Positions 8,548 through 16,220 of a DNA stretch of 64,000 nucleotides are shown here, one piece after another (the stretch's first letter is position 1; each line of letters starts with the position of its first letter). The notes beneath the pieces are model-generated. The model was not told where the DNA came from and did not search any database. It saw only the letters and a program-made list of their open reading frames with translations. The position numbers were made by a program, and so were the translations under genes. Source of the stretch: Pseudomonadota bacterium (GTDB lineage Bacteria; Myxococcota_A; Polyangia; Polyangiales; JAKSBK01); contig JAKSBK010000095.1 in the NCBI GenBank assembly GCA_022361155.1, positions 27,462 to 91,461 of the forward strand, written 5' to 3'.

Positions 8548-8594
8548 CGTCAAGGGCCCGCGGAAGAATAGCTCGTGTGTTTCGGCGAGGACCG
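8548..8594 (-). repeat. copy 1 of a ~50-nt intergenic repeat family (in the KS / KS-like spacer)
   Basis: The minus-strand sequence is cggtcctcgccgaaacacacgagctattcttccgcgggcccttgacg. It matches copy 2 at 34/39 positions and copy 3 at 38/51 positions (hand alignment, no gaps). Confidence 0.75.
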
Positions 8595-8702
8595 GGCGCC
8601 GCTGGCGAGGCGCGACGAGGAGTATTGGGGATACTTCGAGGAGGAGCAACATGGCCAGCGGTGGTCGGAACCGGCGAAGTGGATGGGTTATTCTTCCGGG
8701 CC

Positions 8703-9935
8703 CTAGGACAACGCCGTTTCGGGCAGGCGACCCGCGCGGGCGAACGCGAGCACCGCATCGTAGCCACCAAAGGCAAGGGCGTTGTTCAAGACCACACCGC
8801 TCGGTCCCCGAGTAGCCTGGTTCGCCACCAGGTTGATGTCGCATTCGGGGTCCGGCGTTTCGTAGCCGACCGTGGGGGGGTAGACGCCAGTTTGCACCGT
8901 CATCACGCAGGAGACGGCTTCGAGCGCGCTAGCGGCACCCATGCAGTGACCCAGCATGCCCTTCATGCTGCTTACGGGAACGGGGCGCTCGCCAAACACT
9001 TCGCGAATCACGCGCGACTCGATGCGATCGTTGGCGTGGGTACCCGTGCCGTGTGCATTGATGAAGTCCACTTCATCCACGGCAAGTCCGCTTTCGTCGA
9101 TGGCGGCTTGCATTGCTGTGCGGATCCCGGCGCCCTCGGGGTGCGGGCGGGTGATGTGATGAGCGTCGCAAGCGAGCCCGCAGCCGCCGATTTCGGCGAG
9201 CGGTGAAGCTCCGCGTGCGGCCGCGTGACGCTCGGATTCCAGAATGAGCATTGCCGCACCCTCACCCAGGATGAGGCCCTTTCTGTTCTTGTCGAACGGC
9301 TGGCAACGCTGCCGTGCCATAGCCCCCAAGCGCACGAAGCCAGCGAACTCGAGACGCTGCAGGATCTCACTGGCTCCGCTGATGGCGACGTCGGCACGGC
9401 CGGCGCGGATGTGGTCCGCTGCAAAACCAATGGCATAATTGCCGGCCGCACATGCCGCGGGCAGTGTTTGAACCATGCCCTGCGCGCCAAACGCCCGAGC
9501 GATGTGAATCGGCAGCAGCGTCGTGCCGTATCGGGGGATCTTGCCTTTGTCCACCGCCTCCACGCCCTCGCGGAACCATGTGCTCTCGAGCTCTCCGATG
9601 ATATCGGCCTCACCCATGGTGGTGCCTACAACGACCGCGGTGCGCTCGCCGGCGAGCAGGCCGCTGTCGAGCTTTGCGTCCTCCACGGCCATGCGCGCCG
9701 CCGCGAGCCCGAAGGCGGAGCAGCGGCCCATCCGGCGTGCCTCGGCCCCGGTCAGGAAGTCACGGGGCCGGAAGCCCTTGACCTCCCCGGCAAAGCACCG
9801 GTCGAGGCCGCGCGTGTCGAAGGTCTCGATCGGGCTGAAGCCGCAGCGTCCCGCCACCATGGAATCCCAGAACGCCGTGCGTCCAAGACCCAGCGAGCTA
9901 ACAACCCCCAGACCGGTAACAAAGACTCGCCCCAT
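8703..9935 (-). CDS. beta-ketoacyl-ACP synthase (FabF/KAS II-like, catalytically complete)
   Basis: MGRVFVTGLGVV N-terminus. Active-site Cys in LPAACAAGNYA. His in NAHGTGTHAND and GMLGHCMGAAS. Start taken at ATG 9935. Confidence 0.9.
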   Translation of the reverse strand: MGRVFVTGLGVVSSLGLGRTAFWDSMVAGRCGFSPIETFDTRGLDRCFAGEVKGFRPRDFLTGAEARRMGRCSAFGLAAARMAVEDAKLDSGLLAGERTAVVVGTTMGEADIIGELESTWFREGVEAVDKGKIPRYGTTLLPIHIARAFGAQGMVQTLPAACAAGNYAIGFAADHIRAGRADVAISGASEILQRLEFAGFVRLGAMARQRCQPFDKNRKGLILGEGAAMLILESERHAAARGASPLAEIGGCGLACDAHHITRPHPEGAGIRTAMQAAIDESGLAVDEVDFINAHGTGTHANDRIESRVIREVFGERPVPVSSMKGMLGHCMGAASALEAVSCVMTVQTGVYPPTVGYETPDPECDINLVANQATRGPSGVVLNNALAFGGYDAVLAFARAGRLPETALS

Positions 9936-9971
9936 GCGAGTGGACCTATGAGCGCACGTGACAGCTTCTAG

Positions 9972-10015
9972 CCAATCGTGACACCTTGCGCAAGCAAGGC
10001 GCATCGGCCGATTGG
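9972..10015. promoter_or_regulatory. nested inverted repeats in the divergent promoter region of the biosynthetic cassette
   Basis: Outer arms are CCAATCG (9972-9978) and CGATTGG (10009-10015). Inner arms are CCTTGC (9984-9989) and GCAAGG (9994-9999). They overlap the palindrome TTGCGCAA (9986-9993). Confidence 0.3.
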
Positions 10016-10040
10016 CCTAAATCCAAGGTGCTTGCCGCGC

Positions 10041-10069
10041 TTGACAGCTCCTGAACCTGCCCATAGATA
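10041..10069 (+). promoter_or_regulatory. candidate sigma-70-type promoter for the FAAL-ACP-ACP-thioesterase operon
   Basis: TTGACA (10041-10046), a 17-nt spacer, then TAGATA (10064-10069), about 75 nt upstream of the FAAL start. Confidence 0.4.
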
Positions 10070-10142
10070 GTGCGCCCACCCGAAACCTGGGACCGAGCAT
10101 GAGGCGCCGCCGCAGGGTCGATGGGCGTTGCTTTGCCGGTCC

Positions 10143-11843
10143 ATGCGACCGCGTTGTGATGGCGTGACCCAGCCCGCAGCACAGACGCTCGTTTCCGCGC
10201 TCGAGCAGCTGCCCAACGACAGCGAGCGAGGCTTCCGCTTCCTCGACCCGCAGGGGCAGGAGCGCAACTACCCCCAACGAGCGATCCGCGCCGAAGCCAA
10301 GCGCCGCGCCGCGCTGTTGCTACAGCACGGCCTGCGCAAGGGTGACCGGGTCGTCGTCGCCGTTGCTCAGGAAGACGAGTTCGTGCTGAGCTTCCTTGGT
10401 GCGGTGGTGGCCGGTCTGGTGCCGGTCCCGGTATCCGCAACCCCTTTGCTCAGAGCGGTCGATGGCCACCTTGGCACGCTGCGCCATGTGAGTCGGGCCT
10501 CCGGAGCGCGGGCTGTCGTCGTGATGGAACGCAACCGCTCGCTCCTTGGGGAGTTGTGGGATGGCCAAGATTTCGCGCCCCGGTTGCTCAGTGTGGAGGC
10601 AGACTTGGCGGGTGCACCGCAAGCGGACGTCGCCCTACCCCGGGTGACCCCCCAAGATCCATGTTTTGTGCAGTTCACCTCGGGCAGCACGGCGCTGCCC
10701 AAAGGCGTGACGATCACGCATGCCAACCTGGTCCGAAATGCCCGAGATTTCCTGGGGCCTTCGGGGCTCGATCGACGCGACGACGATCTTGGGGTGAGCT
10801 GGCTGCCGCTGTTTCACGATATGGGATTGATCGGCTTCATCTTGGGCACGCTGATCTGCGATATCCCGGTGGTTATCCTGCCCACGGCTGCCTTCGCGCG
10901 CAATCCGCGCAGCTGGCTCGAAACGATTCACAGCGTCAGAGGCACGATCACCTATGCCCCGAACTTCGCATACGGGTTGGCTGCCAAGCGCCTGCGCGAG
11001 CGCGATCTGGCTCGTTTGGACCTGAGCTGTCTACGCGTCGCCGGCTGCGGGGCAGAGCCGATCAACCCCGACACGATGCGCGCCTTTGCCCGGCGCCTCC
11101 AGCCGACCGGTTTTCGAGCCGAGGCCTTGCTGCCGTCGTACGGCATGGCGGAGGCAACACTCGCGATCACTTTTCATCCGCATGGCACGCCCCTGGCTAC
11201 CGACCGCGTCGATTCGGTGGCGCTCAGGGCTGGGCGAGCGACGCAAAGCGAGCGTGTCGCGCAAAGCACCGAGCTGGTTTCCTGCGGCCGGCCCTTTCCG
11301 GGCCATGAGCTGCGTACCGTCGACGAGCAGGGCCGGAAGCTTGGGGATCGGCAGGTAGGCGAAATCGTGGTGCGGGGTCCCAGCGTGAGCCCGGGCTACC
11401 ATAACGATCCAGCGGCGAGCGCTGCCAGCTTCAGAAACGGATGGTTGCACACGGGCGACCTCGGCTACCTGGCGGGCGGCAATCTGTACATTTGTGGGCG
11501 CGTCAAAGACCTCATTATCGTCCGCGGAGCGAACTACTACCCGCAGGACATCGAATGGTTGGTGAGCAGTCTTGAGGGCGTTCGGCGTGACAACGCGATC
11601 GCGTTTGGTGTGGTGCAGGACGGCGAGGAGCGGCTCGTCGTGGCGGCGGAGTGTGCCTCTGCGGACGCGCAACGGCTGCGCGAGGCCATCGCCGCCCGGG
11701 TCTCCGAGGCCACCGGGCTGGCTGTTGCTCGCGTCAGCGCCGTGCGGATCGGTGCCCTACCCAAGACGACCAGCGGAAAAGTTCAGCGACGCAAGACCAA
11801 GCAGCTCTTCGAGGAGGGGAAGCTCGAGGAGCACGGTCCCTGA
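10143..11843 (+). CDS. fatty acyl-AMP ligase (FAAL / FadD32-like adenylating enzyme)
   Basis: FVQFTSGSTALPKGV (A3 core), WLPLFHDMGLIGF, GDLGY, the insertion-containing FAAL-style C-terminal half, and LPKTTSGKVQR. The start is ambiguous (TTG 10128, ATG 10143 or GTG 10164). Confidence 0.88.
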   Translation: MRPRCDGVTQPAAQTLVSALEQLPNDSERGFRFLDPQGQERNYPQRAIRAEAKRRAALLLQHGLRKGDRVVVAVAQEDEFVLSFLGAVVAGLVPVPVSATPLLRAVDGHLGTLRHVSRASGARAVVVMERNRSLLGELWDGQDFAPRLLSVEADLAGAPQADVALPRVTPQDPCFVQFTSGSTALPKGVTITHANLVRNARDFLGPSGLDRRDDDLGVSWLPLFHDMGLIGFILGTLICDIPVVILPTAAFARNPRSWLETIHSVRGTITYAPNFAYGLAAKRLRERDLARLDLSCLRVAGCGAEPINPDTMRAFARRLQPTGFRAEALLPSYGMAEATLAITFHPHGTPLATDRVDSVALRAGRATQSERVAQSTELVSCGRPFPGHELRTVDEQGRKLGDRQVGEIVVRGPSVSPGYHNDPAASAASFRNGWLHTGDLGYLAGGNLYICGRVKDLIIVRGANYYPQDIEWLVSSLEGVRRDNAIAFGVVQDGEERLVVAAECASADAQRLREAIAARVSEATGLAVARVSAVRIGALPKTTSGKVQRRKTKQLFEEGKLEEHGP

Positions 11844-12117
11844 TCCGCATCGGTCACCAGCTTCCGGCACGAAGGTGGTGCGCCAAGGTCAGGCCGACCA
11901 GCTCCCGCGAGCTCAGGTGGCGCTGCGGCACGCGCCTGCTATAGCGCGGTGCGGTCCATGGGCGATCGCCCGGCTGCAACCTTGCTGCTGATGGGTCCCA
12001 GGGTACCGAAACGCCGCCAAAGTCAAGTGTCATGAACGAGCCAATCTGCGTGGACGACCGGGGGGGTTTGCGCGTATAAGGCATGCTGCGCGCGCCTCAT
12101 GGAGAGAAGGAGCGGAG

Positions 12118-12372
12118 ATGACTCGGGCTGAGCTGTTGGAGATGTTTCGATCCATGGCGAGCGAGATCGCGGAGAAGGATTTCAGCCATGTGGCCGAGGA
12201 CGCCGCGATCAAGGATCTGGGAATCGACTCCCTGGGTATGCTCGAGCTGGTCGGTGAGATGGAACGTACCCTGGAGGTACGCATTCCCGATGACAACCTG
12301 GTGGGTGTGCAGACCGTCCGGCAGTTGCTCGAACTGGTAGAGCGGCGCTTGCGCCCGATTCGGACGGCGTGA
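12118..12372 (+). CDS. acyl carrier protein
   Basis: 84 aa with phosphopantetheine motif LGIDSLGMLELV. A strong SD (gaaggagcggag) sits before the ATG. Confidence 0.9.
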   Translation: MTRAELLEMFRSMASEIAEKDFSHVAEDAAIKDLGIDSLGMLELVGEMERTLEVRIPDDNLVGVQTVRQLLELVERRLRPIRTA

Positions 12373-12491
12373 TCTTGACCAGCGGCAACTCGGCAAGGGC
12401 AAGGCTGGTGTACGCTGGCTGAGCGGGGCGCGCGCAGGACGCGGACAGGTAGACGGCGGATCCAAGAGCGATGCACGATCCAGGGGAAAGC

Positions 12492-12725
12492 ATGGGCCGG
12501 CAAGAACTGAGGGAGAAGCTACGGGCCATCGTTGCCGAGGTTAGCGAGGTCGACGATGTGCCCGACTCCAAGCCATTCAAAGACCTGGGCATCGACTCGA
12601 TGATGGCGATCGAGATCGTGGCGGAGGTGGAGCGGACCTTCCGGATCAAGATCCCGGAGGAGGAACTGGAGCAGATCACCAACCTGGATAGCGTGGTCGC
12701 GCTGGCTGAGGCCAAGCTGGCGTGA
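12492..12725 (+). CDS. acyl carrier protein (second, divergent copy)
   Basis: Motif LGIDSMMAIEIV. ATG 12492 is preceded by aggggaaagc. ATG 12471 is an alternative start. Confidence 0.88.
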   Translation: MGRQELREKLRAIVAEVSEVDDVPDSKPFKDLGIDSMMAIEIVAEVERTFRIKIPEEELEQITNLDSVVALAEAKLA

Positions 12726-12741
12726 GCGCAGACGCGCACCC

Positions 12742-13155
12742 ATGCAGCCCCCCCCGCAGGCCCGAACCAGCATCTATCGCCGCGTGGTCGACTACGTGGA
12801 CAGCGACCAGAGCGGAGTGGTGCATCATTCTGCGTACTTTCGCTACCTCGAAGCTGCGCGCATCGATCTGCTCGAGGCACGGGGACTGTGCTACGCGCGC
12901 ATGGAACGCGAGCAGCGGCTTGGCCTGCCGGTGGTGGAGGCGCAGCTTTGGTACCGTTCCCCAGCGCGCTGCGGGGATGCCCTGGTCGCGCTGAGCTGGA
13001 TCGGCCTCTTGACCGCAGCGCGCCTGTGCGTAGAGACGAACCTGGAACACGAAGGACGCCTGGTCCTCGAGGCGCGGATCACGCTCGCCTGCGTCGATCT
13101 ACGTACCGGACGAGCCCGCAGGCTGCCGGAGCAGCTACGCACAGCGCTTGGCTAG
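12742..13155 (+). CDS. hotdog-fold acyl-CoA/ACP thioesterase (4HBT / YbgC-like)
   Basis: 137 aa with VDSDQSGVVHHSAYFRYLEAARIDLL, typical of the 4HBT family. It starts 17 nt after the second ACP. Confidence 0.8.
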   Translation: MQPPPQARTSIYRRVVDYVDSDQSGVVHHSAYFRYLEAARIDLLEARGLCYARMEREQRLGLPVVEAQLWYRSPARCGDALVALSWIGLLTAARLCVETNLEHEGRLVLEARITLACVDLRTGRARRLPEQLRTALG

Positions 13156-13166
13156 TCTAGCTACAG

Positions 13167-14396
13167 CTAACGGCAGCGGCGATTGGCCGGATCACAGACA
13201 AAGCGCACGTGGATGTGCTTGTCGTGCCCTTTGGCATGCCGAACCACGGTCGTTTTTGCGAAACGGGGGTACTGCACGATCTCGCGCAAACGTTCGCGGC
13301 TGATGCCCGTGGCCCTGGCGGCTCGGTAGAGCCTACGCTGGCACCTGCGATCGAGGAAGATGTAGCGCACCTGCCCGGTGTCGAGCAACGCCTTGATCAG
13401 GCCCCAGGTCGCTGGCCAATCCACTTCAGAGGCGCGTCGGGCCTGGGTACCCTGCGGCAGGTGCTCTTTCAGTGGCAGCCAGATATCCACGTCGCGGCCA
13501 CTCTGGTGCGACTGATGAGGCCACAAGCGCCCGCCGCGCCGGCGGCTTATGTCGCTGACCACCAAGGCTCCCCGGTAGCTGCTAGCGTTTCGCCAATCGG
13601 CGACCGCCCGCTGCAGGTTACGGACCGTGTGGCTCGAGCCGAAGGCGCGGTCGGGTTGCCTGCGGGTATAAAGGACGTCGTTCTTCGGTAGCCGCACGCC
13701 TCGCCTGAGCCTGCCGCGATCGGGGCGTCCAAGGCTGCGCCCGCGGCTTGCCACCGGCTTGAGCAACTGGTCGCTTCCCAGGGCGACGGGAGGCGCGGGG
13801 GGCAGCCCGGGATTGGGTCCGGTGCGGTCTGCGCTGGTCCAAACCTGCAAGCGCTGGCCTGCACGAAAGCGAAAAGGAACGCGTCGATTCCATTTGCGCA
13901 GCTCTTTGCGGTCTATCCCGTAACGGGCGCTGATGGCATCCCAGGTGTCTCCGAAGCGTACCTTGTAGATCGTGCGCTTGCGTACCGGTGGTACCACCCG
14001 GGCACCCACCCGCAGGAACTGGCCTGCGCGTAGCCGCGGGCGGCGAGCATTCAGGCCGTTCCAGCGGACGATCTCGTCGGCGGTCACGTGGTAGCGTTTG
14101 GCGACGTCCCGGACGTTCTCGCCCGGAAGAATCTCATGTCGCAGCCACGTACGCTCTCGGGTGGCTGCCTCGATGCTGGGTCGTAGACGGTAGCCGTCGA
14201 TGCGAAACGTACCCAGCACAGGGGGGGTCGCCGCAGCCGGCGTGCTCAGCATGAGCAACCCCGACAGCCCACCGAGCGCACAGAGCAACAGCGCGCTCAG
14301 GGCAGTCAGCCTGCGCCCGACGGTTGCGCCAATCCAAGTCCGGCTGCGTGCTCCACGCCAGCCGGACCGTAGCTCTCTTGTCCGATAACGGTGCAA
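13167..14396 (-). CDS. LysM-domain murein endopeptidase (MepA / peptidase M74-like C-terminal domain)
   Basis: LysM repeats HEILPGENVRDVAKRYHVTADEIVRWN and YKVRFGDTWDAISARYGIDRKELRKWN. The C-terminal domain has HQSHQSGRDVDIW and HAKGHDKHIHVRF. Start is uncertain: TTG 14396 gives a signal-peptide-like N-terminus, while the track ORF extends to 14591. Confidence 0.8.
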   Translation of the reverse strand: MHRYRTRELRSGWRGARSRTWIGATVGRRLTALSALLLCALGGLSGLLMLSTPAAATPPVLGTFRIDGYRLRPSIEAATRERTWLRHEILPGENVRDVAKRYHVTADEIVRWNGLNARRPRLRAGQFLRVGARVVPPVRKRTIYKVRFGDTWDAISARYGIDRKELRKWNRRVPFRFRAGQRLQVWTSADRTGPNPGLPPAPPVALGSDQLLKPVASRGRSLGRPDRGRLRRGVRLPKNDVLYTRRQPDRAFGSSHTVRNLQRAVADWRNASSYRGALVVSDISRRRGGRLWPHQSHQSGRDVDIWLPLKEHLPQGTQARRASEVDWPATWGLIKALLDTGQVRYIFLDRRCQRRLYRAARATGISRERLREIVQYPRFAKTTVVRHAKGHDKHIHVRFVCDPANRRCR

Positions 14397-14568
14397 AGCT
14401 AGCTCACAAGGCTGTTCCAGTATACGAGACAATCGAGATGAAGCACTACTGATCCGCCCGCTGGATCGCCCCGTTGGAGAAGATCGTACGGCAGATAGCG
14501 CAGGTTCTTGCGCAATTCTCGCGCTGGAGGGCTTCGCCAACGGGGCAAGCGCGGTCACGCCTCGGACG

Positions 14569-14618
14569 CCGGTGTCCGGGCCGAAACACACGAGTTACTC
14601 TTCGGCGGGCCCTGAACG
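14569..14618 (+). repeat. copy 2 of the ~50-nt intergenic repeat family
   Basis: The sequence is ccggtgtccgggccgaaacacacgagttactcttcggcgggccctgaacg. It shares a 15-nt perfect run (gccgaaacacacgag) with copy 1. Confidence 0.75.
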
Positions 14619-14704
14619 ACGAACTGGCCACTCGGGTTTGAGCCGGGCCGTTGTACTAGGAGTGCACGTGTCGCCGAGCGTCTTCGGTACCGCAGACAAT
14701 GAAC

Positions 14705-14720
14705 AAATATCGAAATATTT
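14705..14720. promoter_or_regulatory. AT-rich inverted repeat upstream of the oxidoreductase operon
   Basis: AAATAT-cgaa-ATATTT lies in an otherwise GC-rich spacer, about 105 nt upstream of ATG 14825. Confidence 0.25.
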
Positions 14721-14824
14721 CAGTGGAGATTAAGTGGCGGCCCAATGGAGATCCGTGGGAGCAACCGCGCGAAAGGCCGGCACGGTAGGCACGTGCTTCC
14801 GATCGCAAGCGCACAGGCGGACCG

Positions 14825-16192
14825 ATGCATATCGTGGTCGTTGGCAACGGCGTAGCGGGAATGGAGGCGGCCCTGTCGCTGCGCTCGGCAGACGAGTCGC
14901 TTGAGCTTACGGTGGTCTCCGAGGAGTCCGACAATTTCTTCTCGCGTACGGCGCTGATGTGGGTGCTGTGCGGGCAGCTCAACCACGCTGACATCGAGCC
15001 CTACGAGCGTGGTCTGTACGAGCGGGCCCGCCTAAGGCGCATCAGGGCGCGCGCCGTGGGACTGGACGCCCGCGGCAAGCGACTGCTGTTGGCGGGCAAT
15101 CGCACCGCATTGAGCTACGATCGGCTCCTGATAGCGTGCGGCTCACGGCCTCGCCGACCTCCTTGGCCCAACGCCGACCTCAGGGGCATCGGTCACTTTG
15201 TCACGATGCAGGATCTGGAGTGGCTGGAGCAGGAGCTGTACGCCGGACCGGGTCAAGGTCGGCCTCCCCGACCCGATCAGCACCTTGGCGCAACAACGGA
15301 TGATTCCCCCTACTTGCCCCGTGCGCCGGCCGCAACCCTGAGGTCGCGCCTTGCCGGCGAGCCGGCCGTGATCGGAGGAGGCCTGATCGGCATCGAAGCG
15401 GTCGAGGTCTTTGTGGCGGCTGGGCGTCGCCCGCGTTTCTTCATCCGAGAGGAGTGGTTCTGGCCGATCGCGCTCGATGCACGCGAAGCCGCTTGGGTCG
15501 CGCAACGGCTCCGCTCGCACGGCGTCGACGTGCTGCTCGATCACGAGATCACCGGGTTCGAAGGCGACGAACAGGGCACGGTGCGCTGCGTCCGCACGGC
15601 CTCGGGCGAGCATGCGTGCGATGTGGTGGTCGTCGCTATCGGTGTGGAGCCCAACACCGGATGGCTTGCCGACTCGGGGCTCGAGCTCGACGAGCTCGGA
15701 GGTATCGTGGTCGGGGACGACTTGAGGACCTGCCTGCCCTCGGTATTCGCTGCGGGCGACTGCGCTTCGGTGCGTTGGGAGGATGGCACGCGGCGTCCGG
15801 AACAGCTCTGGTATACCGCACGCGATCAGGGACGCGTCGCGGCGCGTGCCCTCATGGGAGAGCCGGTTCGCTACGATCGAGGCACCTGGTACAATGCGGC
15901 AAAGCTGATGGACATCGAGTACACGACGGTGGGGCAAGTAAACCGGCGCCTGTCCGGAGAACAAAACTGGTTTCACGAAGAGATGGGTGCTGTGCGGAGC
16001 ACCACGCGGATTGTGAGCATGGCTGACCGCATCGTGGGGTTCAACGCCTTGGGTCGCCGCTGGGATCACGATCTGGTGGCGCGATGGATCGAGGAGCGCC
16101 GTACGCTGCCGTGGGTCATCGCGCATCTAAGCGAAGCGTCCTTTGACAGCGAGCTTGTGCCGCCGCCGCAACTGCCGCACACGAACGTCTAG
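14825..16192 (+). CDS. FAD/NAD(P)-dependent pyridine nucleotide-disulfide family oxidoreductase
   Basis: N-terminal dinucleotide fold MHIVVVGNGVAGMEAA, a second fold PAVIGGGLIGIEAVE, and VFAAGDCA near the C-terminal FAD contact. Confidence 0.85.
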   Translation: MHIVVVGNGVAGMEAALSLRSADESLELTVVSEESDNFFSRTALMWVLCGQLNHADIEPYERGLYERARLRRIRARAVGLDARGKRLLLAGNRTALSYDRLLIACGSRPRRPPWPNADLRGIGHFVTMQDLEWLEQELYAGPGQGRPPRPDQHLGATTDDSPYLPRAPAATLRSRLAGEPAVIGGGLIGIEAVEVFVAAGRRPRFFIREEWFWPIALDAREAAWVAQRLRSHGVDVLLDHEITGFEGDEQGTVRCVRTASGEHACDVVVVAIGVEPNTGWLADSGLELDELGGIVVGDDLRTCLPSVFAAGDCASVRWEDGTRRPEQLWYTARDQGRVAARALMGEPVRYDRGTWYNAAKLMDIEYTTVGQVNRRLSGEQNWFHEEMGAVRSTTRIVSMADRIVGFNALGRRWDHDLVARWIEERRTLPWVIAHLSEASFDSELVPPPQLPHTNV

Positions 16193-16220
16193 TTTCTGGT
16201 ATTTGCCAGGGCCCCTACCC

